A DNA stretch of 64,000 nucleotides from Candidatus Bathyarchaeia archaeon (GCA_038883715.1 JAVZLS010000002.1:1-64000); one strand, 5' to 3'; counted from the first letter of the stretch, positions 8,845-19,438 are shown. Numbers and translations are program-made. Notes: generated by a model from the letters alone, not told the origin.

Positions 8845-9696
8845 ATGGCTAAAAATAGCCGAGTAGCCATAATTAAGGGCCCAAACCCGATAGAAACAAC
8901 TGTTAAGGCGCTTGACGCAATAAAGTCGGATTTGGATGCTGTTCTTTCCGCTGAGAAGCCCATCCTAATAAAGCCCAACTACATAACGACTCAGCACCCA
9001 TCAACTGGAGTTACAACTGACGGCAGAATATTGGAAGGCGTTGTTAAATTCCTTAAAGAGCATGGTAAAAACAACATTGTTATTGGCGAGGGAAGCGGTT
9101 GGGCAGATACCTTTGAGGCTTTCAAAGTTGCTGGAATAGACAAAATAAGCGAAAAGTGGAAGGTGAAACTTGTCGACCTCAACAAGGACATTTTCGTTGA
9201 GGTTTACCTACCAAATCCCATAACACTCAAAAAGGTTAAGGTGGCGAAAACAGCCCTAGAAAGTGTAATAATAAGTGTTCCGAAACTAAAGCTTCATAGG
9301 CTCGCCACCGTCACACTTGGGATAAAGAACATGATGGGAGCCCTAGCCTCTAAAGGAAGCATGCACAATGGAAGGTTACACGCGAACATCGCAGACTTGG
9401 CTTCGGTGCTAAAGCCAAGCTTAACGGTCATTGATGGAATAATAGCTGGAGAAGGCCATGAAACAAGCGGGAATCCCGTAAAAATGGATTTAGTTATAGC
9501 GGGCACAGATCCCGTGGCTGTTGACGCCGTCGGAGCTGCTGTTATGGGAATTTCACCAACAGAGGTTGAGCATTTAGTTCTGGCTGAGAAAAAGGGTCTT
9601 GGAACATGTCAACTGAAAAACATTGAAGTCATCGGAGAGCCTATTGAAAAAGTGAAGAGAAAGTTCCGCAGGTCCATCTCTTCAAAAATTCTTTGA
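8845..9696 (+). CDS. DUF362 family protein
   Basis: ILIKPN, GVTTD, PKLKLH, TLGIKNMMG, DPVAVD motifs. Confidence 0.85.
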   Translation: MAKNSRVAIIKGPNPIETTVKALDAIKSDLDAVLSAEKPILIKPNYITTQHPSTGVTTDGRILEGVVKFLKEHGKNNIVIGEGSGWADTFEAFKVAGIDKISEKWKVKLVDLNKDIFVEVYLPNPITLKKVKVAKTALESVIISVPKLKLHRLATVTLGIKNMMGALASKGSMHNGRLHANIADLASVLKPSLTVIDGIIAGEGHETSGNPVKMDLVIAGTDPVAVDAVGAAVMGISPTEVEHLVLAEKKGLGTCQLKNIEVIGEPIEKVKRKFRRSISSKIL

Positions 9697-9757
9697 ATAT
9701 TTCTAAAAACTTTAGGAAAAGCTTTTAAGAATTCATTTTTAACGTAAAGGGAAGCTT

Positions 9758-11158
9758 ATGGCTGAAGACTCTGAAAGCCCACCAGAGCCTAGCGGAATAA
9801 GCAAGTACAGAGACAAAATTATTGACGGCCCCATTATTCGAACAATTTTTTGGCTGGGAACACCTCCCCTTGTGAACCAGCTTGTGGTTGTAGCCTATAA
9901 TGTGGCAGACACTTATTGGCTTAGCGTTTACAGTGAGCAAGCCGTAGCTGTTCCGAGGCAAATGTGGCCAATCCTCATGCTTTTCCAAGCCCTTGCAAAC
10001 GCCATCACAACTGCAAGCCTAAGCGTAATCTCACAGTATGTAGGGAGCAAAGCTTACCGAGAAGCAAGCAAATCAGCCTCCCGCTTCTTTACGCTGTCCC
10101 TCATATCTGGCGGCGCCTTAAGCATACTCCTTTTAGCGCTTAGAAACTCGATCTTCACGGTTGTTGTGTCCACCCCCACAGAAATTTTTGAGGATGTGAT
10201 GAAGTATTCTGGCGTTATAGCCTTCGACGTGTTTTTCAACTACATAGCCCTCACATATACGACAATTCTCCAAAGCGTGGGAGACACAAGAAGACCAGCA
10301 ATTGTTAACGTTATGTCTGTCACCATAAACATAGCCCTTGACCCATTCCTTGTTCTGGGCATAGGACCCTTTCCAAGGCTTGGGGTGGTTGGGGCAGCCA
10401 TAACAGATGTCATGGGAAAAATAATATCGATAACAGCGCTAACGTACATTTTAAGGAGATATTACCCAGAGCTTCAAGTAAGACCTACCAGGGAAATAGA
10501 CGCCACGTGGGCTCGCTTGGTTTTGCGCATAGGGCTGCCGATTCTAACGCTTGGGTTGACGAACGGCTTCGCTTTCCTCATGCAGCTTAGACTTGTCAAC
10601 ATGCTTGGAATCATAACCGCAACCGCCTTTTCCATAGGTTTTGTAATGATGGATATCGTGGACGCTGCTCTTTGGGGTTTAAGCGGAGCCCCAGCCATAA
10701 TGATAGGACAAAGCCTCGGCGCAGACAACCCCAAAAGAGCAAAAGAAGTAGCCCTCAAGGCAGCCCTTCTCATATTCGCCCTAATGATAATAAGCGCCGC
10801 TATAATATATCCGATCAAAAGAAACCTAGTAGACGTCTTCGCAGACGACCCCAACACAATAAATGAGACAGACATTTTCCTCCAAACAATGTTGCCAACA
10901 CTCCCATTCTTCGGACTCTTCGCCGTAGCCCTATCCGTCGGAAGAGGCTCCGGACACACAACATTTCCAACAGGCCTAGGAATGATGAGGCTCTGGGGAA
11001 TAAGGATAGCCGCAGGCTACATAATGGCCTTCATTCTAGGAATGGGCTCTATGGGAGTTTGGCTGGCCATAGCAATAAGCAACATCATAGGCGGAATAAT
11101 AGCCATACTATGGATAAAATACGGAAACTGGGCGAAGGCAGTCATCAAAAATAACTAG
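9758..11158 (+). CDS. MATE-family efflux transporter
   Basis: About 12 TM; YNVADT, GDTRRP, NIALDP, LGVVGAAI. Confidence 0.92.
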   Translation: MAEDSESPPEPSGISKYRDKIIDGPIIRTIFWLGTPPLVNQLVVVAYNVADTYWLSVYSEQAVAVPRQMWPILMLFQALANAITTASLSVISQYVGSKAYREASKSASRFFTLSLISGGALSILLLALRNSIFTVVVSTPTEIFEDVMKYSGVIAFDVFFNYIALTYTTILQSVGDTRRPAIVNVMSVTINIALDPFLVLGIGPFPRLGVVGAAITDVMGKIISITALTYILRRYYPELQVRPTREIDATWARLVLRIGLPILTLGLTNGFAFLMQLRLVNMLGIITATAFSIGFVMMDIVDAALWGLSGAPAIMIGQSLGADNPKRAKEVALKAALLIFALMIISAAIIYPIKRNLVDVFADDPNTINETDIFLQTMLPTLPFFGLFAVALSVGRGSGHTTFPTGLGMMRLWGIRIAAGYIMAFILGMGSMGVWLAIAISNIIGGIIAILWIKYGNWAKAVIKNN

Positions 11159-11207
11159 AGTAGAGAGGTAGAGAAAATAAAAATTCTGTCAAAAACCATT
11201 TTCATAG

Positions 11208-11280
11208 AGCCGGGGGTGGGAGTTGAACCCACATATAGCTGCTCTGCAGGCAGCCGCCTGAACCGTTCGGCCACCCCGGC
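11208..11280 (-). tRNA. tRNA-Cys(GCA)
   Basis: GCCGGGG acceptor, anticodon loop CT-GCA-GA, GGTTCAACTCC T arm, U discriminator; CCA not encoded. Confidence 0.93.
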
Positions 11281-11319
11281 CTTTCAAATAGAGTTTTGTC
11301 TGGTGGGTGTAATAAGGTT

Positions 11320-12366
11320 TTATCGGTTTAATCCTATTTTTTGGGCTATTTCTCTGTAGATTTCTAAGGCTTTTTCTTCGTTGCCTATGTTTTTTATTAG
11401 CATGCGTCCGCCGTTAAACAGTGTTATTTCATAGTTTTTGTATGTGAAGACTATTGCCATTGAGGATTTTACTCGTATTTTGAAGTTTTGTCTTATTTTT
11501 GTGTGGATGCTTTCAAGGTTTAGTTTGGCTGGTTTTTCTGGGTTTACGTTGACAGTGTTTCTTCCGCATAGCCAGACAAGCTTTTCCCTTGGTTTTTGGG
11601 TGGAGGCTTCGCCTCGGCATGCCGGGCAGTTTTCTCTTTTGTATATGTCTATTGTTGTGAAGTACATGTCGCTGAAGTCACATATCATAAGCTTGCCCTT
11701 TAACGGTGTGCCCATCCCAGCCAAGAGTTTTATCGTCTCCATTGCTTCCATTGTTCCAATGATTCCTGGGGTGACGCCCAAAACTCCTCTAACGTCGCAT
11801 GTTAGTAGGTTGCTGTCTTCAAGGTTTGGCAACACGCATTCGAGGCACGGAGTTTCTGGCGGAGCGAAAACTGAGAGGTTGCCTTCCATTCCTATGGCGG
11901 CTCCGAAAACATAGGGGATTTTCAGCTTTATGCAAGTTCGATTAATGATGTAACGTGTTCGCATATTGTCTAAGCCGTCAACAACACAGTCAACACCTTT
12001 CAAGAGTTTTTCAGCGTTGTCCACGTTCAAGCTCTCTGGAACCGCCTCAACTTCGACGAAGGGATTCATCCCCATAAGCCTCTTTGCAGAAACCTCGGCT
12101 TTTGGATATCGTAAATTTTCCGGCGTGTATAGAACCTGTCTGTGAAGGTTGTGCGGTTCCACAGTGTCTTGGTCTATTAGGCGTAGGTAGCCAACACCAG
12201 CAAGCGTCAAGTAAAGTGATGCAACTGTTCCTAGTCCGCCGAGCCCAACAACGGCAACCTTCGCCCTAACAAGCTTCTCTTGTCCCTCACGTCCAAGCTC
12301 TTTCATAACGAGCTGGCGGCTGTAAAACTCGTCATAAGAAATTGGGGGTTTCCGTTTTTTCGGCAT
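11320..12366 (-). CDS. ThiF/MoeB (E1-like) adenylyltransferase with C-terminal extension
   Basis: YSRQ, GLGGLG, NLHRQ, CLEC and CPAC zinc motifs; extra LCGRNTV domain. Confidence 0.9.
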   Translation of the reverse strand: MPKKRKPPISYDEFYSRQLVMKELGREGQEKLVRAKVAVVGLGGLGTVASLYLTLAGVGYLRLIDQDTVEPHNLHRQVLYTPENLRYPKAEVSAKRLMGMNPFVEVEAVPESLNVDNAEKLLKGVDCVVDGLDNMRTRYIINRTCIKLKIPYVFGAAIGMEGNLSVFAPPETPCLECVLPNLEDSNLLTCDVRGVLGVTPGIIGTMEAMETIKLLAGMGTPLKGKLMICDFSDMYFTTIDIYKRENCPACRGEASTQKPREKLVWLCGRNTVNVNPEKPAKLNLESIHTKIRQNFKIRVKSSMAIVFTYKNYEITLFNGGRMLIKNIGNEEKALEIYREIAQKIGLNR

Positions 12367-12397
12367 TTCAAATCTTCCTTTAGGGGGCGATACGCAC

Positions 12398-14101
12398 TTA
12401 AATGCTGTTCTGCACCCGTATATTACCCTTTTTCAAAAACTGTTTTTGGTAGATTTCCCTAACCCTTTGTATGGTGTCAGCCTCCTCCGGAGTTTTATCG
12501 TCCCTTATGCGGGTTATCCGCGCAAACCGCAGTGCCATGCCACACTTGTATTTTGGGCTTTTCTGGATTTCGTTGTAGGCTACCTCCACAACAATTTTCG
12601 GAGCCACATAGACTCTGCGGTATTCCTCTTTTATGGCTAGCTCTTTTAGGCGCTTGGTCATCTCGATAATTTCGGAGTCCGTTAGTCCCTTGAAGGTTTT
12701 GCCAACAACCAAAAATTCACCTGTCTCAGCATCACGGGCAGCTAAATAATAGTCTGAAAGCCACTCGTGTCTCCGTCCATAGCCGTATTCCGCGGCAACA
12801 ATAACCAAGTCTAATGGTTCAAGGGTTGGCTTTATTTTTAACCATTGTTTTCCGCGTATTCCGGGTGTATATTCGCTGTTCAGTCTCTTAGCCATAAGCC
12901 CCTCATGCCCACAGTTAACAGCCTCCTTGAGAAAATGCTCGGCTTCTTCAACGCTGTCTGTGATTATCTGTTTTGTTAACGGTATCTCACCGGCATTGTC
13001 CGCCAAAATTTGTCTTCGCTGAAGATAGGGCAACGAAATTAGGCTTTTGCCATCCAAGTATAAGATGTCGAAGAGGTAAAGCCTAACAGGAATCATTTCA
13101 GCCATATCCTCAATTTCATGAACTCTTTTAAATCTGCGCATAAGATGCTGGAAAGGAACGGGATACCCCTTGTCGTCTATGGCTATTACCTCGCCTTCCA
13201 TGATGACTTCACAGGCTTTAACTCCTCTCCTCACGATGTCGGCTATTTCTGGTAAACTTTTAGTGACATCCGTCAATCTACGGCTAAAAATCCGCACATC
13301 ATCACCGCATTTGTGAATTTGGACTCTGGCACCGTCAAGTTTATGCTCAAAGGCGGTTTTTCCGCCGTGCTCTTTAATTGCCTCAGCCACATCATTAGCC
13401 ATCTGAGCCAACATAAGCTTGACAGGTCTAAAAATTTGAAAGCCAATTTTTGAAAGAGCCTCCTTACCCTCAGCCTTAATTAACGCCGCTACAGTGCCAA
13501 TATCCCCAAGCACCATCCCCGCCCTCTTAACAGCTCCAAACGGTATCCCAAAAGCCCTTGAAACAGCCTGCTCCATCAACCCTTCATGGAAGCCCGTTCG
13601 CATCTCGCCGATGAAAATTTTAACAAGATACTTCGCCTCAAGCGAGGAAGCCAAACTAAGCAAAGCCTCGATGAGGCGCTCCTTTTTCTCTCTAGCGCCA
13701 TGCCCAGCAGTTTCAGCAATAGCCTCAAAACTCCGCCTAACCTCCAATATCGTCAGAGGCTTTTCAAAAAGCACCGCTTGCCGCTTAACCTTGCAACTTT
13801 CAAAAATAACCTTCGCCGCCGAACCTACATCACCAGTCTGGTTAAAGGCTTCCAGAAAGATCCTCCATTCAACCCCGGTAATACGCCTAATAATCTCGCT
13901 TAAGGTAGCCCAACTCACATCAAGGGTTTGCTGACTCCACTTTGGAAAAGGCCTCCCCAAAATCATTGAAACTGCCGGCTCAACCTCGCCTGGCTCGAGG
14001 CTTTTTAGGAAATCCGCTACAAGGTTTACGGCTGGAACCCGCCTGCTCATACCCTCCAGTTTCTCACATAGCTCCGCCAAAGCCTTAAACAGCGTGGGCA
14101 T
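12398..14101 (-). CDS. lig: ATP-dependent DNA ligase
   Basis: EHKLDGAR motif I, EGLMAK, WLKIK, LRFARI..IRDDK; start trimmed to ATG 14101. Confidence 0.95.
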   Translation of the reverse strand: MPTLFKALAELCEKLEGMSRRVPAVNLVADFLKSLEPGEVEPAVSMILGRPFPKWSQQTLDVSWATLSEIIRRITGVEWRIFLEAFNQTGDVGSAAKVIFESCKVKRQAVLFEKPLTILEVRRSFEAIAETAGHGAREKKERLIEALLSLASSLEAKYLVKIFIGEMRTGFHEGLMEQAVSRAFGIPFGAVKRAGMVLGDIGTVAALIKAEGKEALSKIGFQIFRPVKLMLAQMANDVAEAIKEHGGKTAFEHKLDGARVQIHKCGDDVRIFSRRLTDVTKSLPEIADIVRRGVKACEVIMEGEVIAIDDKGYPVPFQHLMRRFKRVHEIEDMAEMIPVRLYLFDILYLDGKSLISLPYLQRRQILADNAGEIPLTKQIITDSVEEAEHFLKEAVNCGHEGLMAKRLNSEYTPGIRGKQWLKIKPTLEPLDLVIVAAEYGYGRRHEWLSDYYLAARDAETGEFLVVGKTFKGLTDSEIIEMTKRLKELAIKEEYRRVYVAPKIVVEVAYNEIQKSPKYKCGMALRFARITRIRDDKTPEEADTIQRVREIYQKQFLKKGNIRVQNSI

Positions 14102-14200
14102 AATAACACACTTTACTACTGTCATGCTAAAAAGATACGACAGAAATTAAAATCGTTTATTTTATTAAGACAGAATAAAAGGGGGAAATGCAAAACGCTT

Positions 14201-14575
14201 TTAGAAAGACTCTTCAAGCTTTGCTTTAACTTCTTTAATCTTTTTCTCGGTCTCCAAAACCTTCTCATTTTCGCTTAAAGCCCTATAACAGTCTCTGGCA
14301 TATTCTAAAGCGCTAACACCAAACCTGTCAAAACCTTTTTGGAAGGAAAGCTCCGCAGACTTTAGAAAGTATTCCACAGCGCCAGCATAATCCTTCAACA
14401 TGAAAGCACACTCGCCAGCCTTAAAAAGCGCATACGTAGCGTCAAAGAAATTGTTCTTCCCCTTGTAAAGCTCAGAAGCCTTCAGAAACTTCTCCTTAGC
14501 CTCCTCGTACTTGCCCATCTCGTAAAGTGTATTCCCATCCTTATGCAATTTTACCGGGTCTTCCTCTTCCGCCAT
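14201..14575 (-). CDS. TPR / SNAP-like helical repeat protein
   Basis: GNTLYEMGKYEEAKEKFLKA and related repeats. Confidence 0.75.
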   Translation of the reverse strand: MAEEEDPVKLHKDGNTLYEMGKYEEAKEKFLKASELYKGKNNFFDATYALFKAGECAFMLKDYAGAVEYFLKSAELSFQKGFDRFGVSALEYARDCYRALSENEKVLETEKKIKEVKAKLEESF

Positions 14576-14706
14576 AAACCATCAACCCAACAACTTGCTA
14601 AACAACATTTACAAACATACAATTTAGGCTTTCCCCCAACATCCGAGAAAATTTTAACTAGCAGAGAGAACAAGCCATTAACTGAACCAGTAAATGCGGA
14701 GTAGAC

Positions 14707-15417
14707 ATGTCAAAACTCGTCTCAATAATAGTCACAACCCTAAACGAGGAGCACTACATAGAGGACTGCCTAAAATCCCTAAGGAATCAAACATACAACA
14801 ACAAAGAAATAATCGTTGTTGATTCGTACTCAAAAGATAAAACCGTAGACATAACAAAAAAATATGCAGACAAAATATTAGTTAAAAATTGCATAATGCC
14901 TGCTGGAAGAAACATAGGAGCAAGAGAAGCCCGTGGAGAAATATTACTCTTTGTAGATGCAGACATAATACTCCTTCCAAACTGGATAGCCACGGTTTTG
15001 CCACATCTACAAGAAAAAAATGTTATAGCAGCTTATGGAGACTTATTGCCCAAAGAAAGAAAACTGAGAGCTTGGCTAGCATATACGAAAGAAGAAATAT
15101 CAAACCTAATTCTTAGAAAGGCTAAAACTCCATGTTTTGGAAAATTGGGAACCACTGTTGCCATAAAAAGAGAAGCCTTTGAAAAAGTTGGGGGCTTCAC
15201 AGAAAAACACGCCTGTGGCGAAGATGTGGATATGTCTCTAAGATTAAGAGAGTATGGAAAAATCAAGTATGTCCGTAACGCGAAAGGCTACGTTTCAATG
15301 AGGAGATTTGAAAAAAGCGGATATCTAAAACTCTCCCTCCTATGGCTGTGGATAGGGTCCTCCTATATACTAACAAGGAAAGCAGCCATCCCACAATATT
15401 CAAAGGATTACCCTTAA
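14707..15417 (+). CDS. Glycosyltransferase family 2
   Basis: VSIIVTTLNEE, VVDSYSKD, FVDAD, GEDVD. Confidence 0.9.
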   Translation: MSKLVSIIVTTLNEEHYIEDCLKSLRNQTYNNKEIIVVDSYSKDKTVDITKKYADKILVKNCIMPAGRNIGAREARGEILLFVDADIILLPNWIATVLPHLQEKNVIAAYGDLLPKERKLRAWLAYTKEEISNLILRKAKTPCFGKLGTTVAIKREAFEKVGGFTEKHACGEDVDMSLRLREYGKIKYVRNAKGYVSMRRFEKSGYLKLSLLWLWIGSSYILTRKAAIPQYSKDYP

Positions 15418-16154
15418 CTTTTCATTTTAAGTAAACTTCTATACAACACGTACACCGTGTAAAAAGCATAGGCAGCGCATAATTTGGAAATTTTTCGAAG
15501 CGATCCGAAACGTAAATGTTCAATAAATATTTGTATGCTTCCTTTTATTGTCCAAACTTCTGGAGGTCTATAATGTATGCAGTAAGGGTTGTATGTTGCC
15601 ATTAGTTTATAGCCCCTCTTCTCTATCCATTCTTTGATGAAGGCATCTTCGAAAACGTGTAAATTCCTTGGGATGTCTATGTCTTTAAGGGCTTCGCGGC
15701 GTACAAGTAAGTCGTGGGTTCCGCCTCTTAAATCGAAAATTTTCCATGTTATTTTCAGGAAAAGCTTTAAAACGATAGGGTTTCGGATGCCTTCCCAGAT
15801 TTCAATGCCCCAAACTCCTCCAACATCATCTGCTACTATGCTTTTGGCTTTTTCAAACCATTTATCGCAAAGGACAACGTCGCTGTCGACAAAGACGAAC
15901 CACTCAGTCTTAACCTCCTTTATGCCTTTCATCCTTGCGCTGCCACGTGTGCCATTGTCCATCAGTAAGACCACGTTTCCATATTTTTCCCTAAATTTTT
16001 CAATAATCTTTAATGTTGAGTCGGTTGAGTATCCATCCACAATTATTAACCGGTTTACTGGAATGTTTTTGTAGATGGAGTTTAGACATTTTTCTAAAAC
16101 TCTTTCACTGTTCTTTGTAAGCACTACAACGTCCACGCTTTCGATGGACAACAT
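15414..16154 (-). CDS. Glycosyltransferase family 2
   Basis: IVDGYSTDST, FVDSD. Confidence 0.88.
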   Translation of the reverse strand: MLSIESVDVVVLTKNSERVLEKCLNSIYKNIPVNRLIIVDGYSTDSTLKIIEKFREKYGNVVLLMDNGTRGSARMKGIKEVKTEWFVFVDSDVVLCDKWFEKAKSIVADDVGGVWGIEIWEGIRNPIVLKLFLKITWKIFDLRGGTHDLLVRREALKDIDIPRNLHVFEDAFIKEWIEKRGYKLMATYNPYCIHYRPPEVWTIKGSIQIFIEHLRFGSLRKISKLCAAYAFYTVYVLYRSLLKMKS

Positions 16155-16325
16155 GTCACCGTCTGCTGATAATTTATGGTGGCCAATTCCGAATGATAGT
16201 TGAAAGATTATAAAGATTTGTTGGTTTCTCTATAATTTACGTTCCATTGTGACGCTAACAGTTTATATTTGAAATCAAACATTGACTAAAGAACTGGTTA
16301 AGATGCCCCTTAATGGTGTCATCAA

Positions 16326-17360
16326 ATGTCCATTAGAAAAGCTTTAAGCATTGTTTCAAGGGTCTTGGCTCCGAATAAGCCTTATCATGTTCAATGGATG
16401 GTTACAAGAAAATGTAACTATCGTTGTAAAGGATGCAATGTTTGGCGAGAGCAAGACATAGAGGAGTTGTCAACTGAAGAAGTAAAACGCGGGTTGGATA
16501 TTCTCCGAAAACTCGGTGTTGTGGAGGTTTTGATATCCGGCGGCAACCCGCTCCTGAGAGAGGATATTGACGAGATAATCGAGTATGCATCACGTTACTT
16601 CTTTACAACAGTCTATGACAATGGAAGCTTGGCAGCTGAAAAAATTGACGCTTTACGTCACGCGAATTTTGTTGCAATTTCAATAGACAGCCTAAACCCA
16701 GATAAAAACGACAGAATAAGGGGCGTTAAGGGGGCATGGAAAAGAGCCATTGAGGCTGTAGAAAGACTCCATATGGAAGGAATTAACGTGAGCGTGGCAC
16801 CAACGATTTCGCAAGCCAACCTTTACGAGATTGTCGATTTCACTAAATATTTCTTGGATAGAGGGATACCGGTTTGGTACTCCCTATACTCCTATGACTC
16901 ACCAAAAAATTCAAACTCTCTTTTCAAGATAGGCAAAGAGGAGGATGCCCTTCTAATAAGGGATAGGGAAGCCATGGTGAAAGTTTGCGATGCGCTTCTT
17001 GAAATGAAACGGAAAAACGACAATGTTTTGATTACGACAAAGGTTTTGGAAGCCGTTAAGCACCTTTATCTAGACAACAAGAGAATCTGGAAGTGCCGTG
17101 CCCTGCAGAATTTCTTTATGGTAAATCATCGAGGCGAAGTTTCCGGTTGCCACCTTCACGAGCCAGTCGCCTCAATTTTTGAGCTGCCAGACCTTTGGGA
17201 AAGTAAAAAATTTGAAGCCCTCAGAAGAAAGTATAGTGAGTGCGAAAGGTGTGCATATCTTTGTTATATTTTCTATTCGGTTCATGGAAGCGTTGCTGGT
17301 AACATTGAAATAGTTAGGGATAAGTGGCGCGGCATAAGATTCTTTTTAAGAAGACGTTAA
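16326..17360 (+). CDS. Radical SAM protein with C-terminal SPASM/twitch-like cysteines
   Basis: CNYRCKGC, SGGNPLLR, C-terminal CERCAYLC. Confidence 0.88.
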   Translation: MSIRKALSIVSRVLAPNKPYHVQWMVTRKCNYRCKGCNVWREQDIEELSTEEVKRGLDILRKLGVVEVLISGGNPLLREDIDEIIEYASRYFFTTVYDNGSLAAEKIDALRHANFVAISIDSLNPDKNDRIRGVKGAWKRAIEAVERLHMEGINVSVAPTISQANLYEIVDFTKYFLDRGIPVWYSLYSYDSPKNSNSLFKIGKEEDALLIRDREAMVKVCDALLEMKRKNDNVLITTKVLEAVKHLYLDNKRIWKCRALQNFFMVNHRGEVSGCHLHEPVASIFELPDLWESKKFEALRRKYSECERCAYLCYIFYSVHGSVAGNIEIVRDKWRGIRFFLRRR

Positions 17361-18337
17361 ATCGTGGCGTTTAATATTTCTGAAGCAGCCCTTTCAACTG
17401 CTTGACGACTATTTAGTTTTGGCTTCCACCCAAGACTTTTGAGCCTTTCAATGCTTAAAAGCATGACTTTTACATCACCTTTCCATCCTCTCCCCCCGTC
17501 AACGCCGCCTGTGAAAATGTATCGTACATTTTTTAGTCCCATTTTCGAGCAAATAATGTCCGCAATCTCCTTTACAACTATTTGATCTTCAGAGCCTACA
17601 TTAAATATGCGTACCCTTTCATTACTTGCTTCTAAACCTATTAAAATGGCATCTACACAATCCTCAACGTGTAGGTAAGACTTCATTTGAGTGCCGTCAC
17701 CGAGTATCTCCAGTCTTTCTGGGTTTTCTCTAAGCTTTTTTATGAAATCGTGTATGACTCCGTGCTGCGACCTTAAGCCTACAATGTTTGCCAGCCTGTA
17801 GATTATTGCTTTAAAACCATACGTGTTGGCGTAGGCTGATATGAGGGCTTCAGCTGCCAGTTTAGAAGCACCATAAGTTGAGATGGGTTTTAGTGGGGCA
17901 TAATCTTCTGGGGTAGGTATCTTTTCTGCATCTCCATAAACCGTTGATGATGAAGTGAAAACCAAGATTTTGATATGCCCAACTTTACGGATTACTTCAA
18001 GGAGGTTAAATGTTGCAAGCACATTTTGCTTGTAGTGAATTTTGGGATTTTCAGAGCCAACTCGAACTTCTGGGTTGGCGGCTAGATGGAAAACAGTATC
18101 ACAACCGTTTATGGATTTAACAACCTCTTCGAGAGACAGCAAGTCACCACGTATGAATCTAAAGCCGGGCGTGCCCAACCACTTCCTTACATTTTCAATG
18201 GTACCCGAGCTTAAGTTGTCAAACACAATAACATCTTTGCCCATTTTGCATAATCTATCGACTAGGTGGCTTCCTATGAAACCCGCGCCTCCAGTTATAA
18301 AAATTCTTCCTAAATCTTGGCTTTGAAACATCTTCAT
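17357..18337 (-). CDS. NAD-dependent sugar epimerase/dehydratase (GalE-like)
   Basis: TGGAGFIGSH, SSSTVYG, YGASK. Confidence 0.9.
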   Translation of the reverse strand: MKMFQSQDLGRIFITGGAGFIGSHLVDRLCKMGKDVIVFDNLSSGTIENVRKWLGTPGFRFIRGDLLSLEEVVKSINGCDTVFHLAANPEVRVGSENPKIHYKQNVLATFNLLEVIRKVGHIKILVFTSSSTVYGDAEKIPTPEDYAPLKPISTYGASKLAAEALISAYANTYGFKAIIYRLANIVGLRSQHGVIHDFIKKLRENPERLEILGDGTQMKSYLHVEDCVDAILIGLEASNERVRIFNVGSEDQIVVKEIADIICSKMGLKNVRYIFTGGVDGGRGWKGDVKVMLLSIERLKSLGWKPKLNSRQAVERAASEILNATI

Positions 18338-18386
18338 CCTTCAGAGGATTTCATATCTCAAGAGGGCTATAGGCATATTTATTTTG

Positions 18387-19424
18387 TTATTGTTTTTGCC
18401 TTGTTAGCGCTAACCACAAGTGGTCGCATTTTGGACGTGGAAGGCTTGTTTCACGTTTATCTCTGTGAACTATTACACGCCTGCTCGGGTCTTTTAAAAA
18501 CTCGCCAACTACGGACGCCTCAATTTTCTCTTCCTTCAATTTCTCAATGATGTGTTCTGCGTATTCTGGTTTTGCCGCAATGAGCATAGCTCCGGAACTT
18601 ATCAGTTGCAGCGGGTCTATCTCCAAAAGTCTGCAAATCTCCAATGTTTCCTTTGCCACTGGAATTTTTTCTTCAAAAACTTTAACGCCCAAGTTTGAGG
18701 CATCTGCCATCTCGTGAATGCCGCCCAGAACACCGCCTTCTGTTGGATCATGCATTGCATCTACTCCGCCAGTTTTAAAGGCTGTTATGCCATCTTTAAC
18801 AACACTTATTTTCTCAAAAAACTTCTGTGCAGACTTTAAAAGCCGGTCGTTGGCGCCCATGTTTAAAAGAAGTTCATAGCGTTCAGTTGCGAGTATGGCT
18901 GTCCCTTCTATGCCAGCGTTTTTCGTCAATATTAGCTTGTCGCCGGGTTTGGCTCCACCAGCAGTGACATAACACCCTTTGTGCGTTATTCCCAAAGCGC
19001 ACCCTATAACAATCGGATTGATAAGTTCTGGTGTTACTTCACAGTGTCCCCCAATAATCGCCATTTTCAAATCTCTTGCAGCAGCATCCATTTGAGAACA
19101 TATAACCTCAATGGTTTTCCGGTCAGCCTTTTCTGGAAGTAATATACATGAAAGGAAGAAGGCTGGTTCCACACCGAAAGTGGCGACATCGTTTGCATTA
19201 ATGTTCACGGCAAGCCAACCAATACACTCGACAGCACCGGTAATCGGATCCATTGAAGCCACCAGAGATTTTTCGCCTAAATCTATGACCGCCCCATCAT
19301 AGCCAGCTGAAGGTCCAAGAATAACTTCTTTGCGTTTAAAACCTAAATTCTTGAAGACAACTTCTTCTAATATTTCCATGGGAATTTTTCCAAATGGTAG
19401 TTTCAACTTTGATTCCTCAAGCAA
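18387..19424 (-). CDS. AIR-synthase (PurM/HypE/ThiL) fold protein, putative kinase
   Basis: DPITG, NANDVA, GGHCE, HDPTEGG; lacks the HypE C-terminal PRIC. Confidence 0.85.
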   Translation of the reverse strand: MLEESKLKLPFGKIPMEILEEVVFKNLGFKRKEVILGPSAGYDGAVIDLGEKSLVASMDPITGAVECIGWLAVNINANDVATFGVEPAFFLSCILLPEKADRKTIEVICSQMDAAARDLKMAIIGGHCEVTPELINPIVIGCALGITHKGCYVTAGGAKPGDKLILTKNAGIEGTAILATERYELLLNMGANDRLLKSAQKFFEKISVVKDGITAFKTGGVDAMHDPTEGGVLGGIHEMADASNLGVKVFEEKIPVAKETLEICRLLEIDPLQLISSGAMLIAAKPEYAEHIIEKLKEEKIEASVVGEFLKDPSRRVIVHRDKRETSLPRPKCDHLWLALTRQKQ

Positions 19425-19438
19425 GTATTTTCTGCTGT

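Noticed and set aside
18387-19424. Second hypE or selD
   Set aside because: No C-terminal PRIC cysteine and no N-terminal SelD Cys/Sec-x-x-Lys motif.
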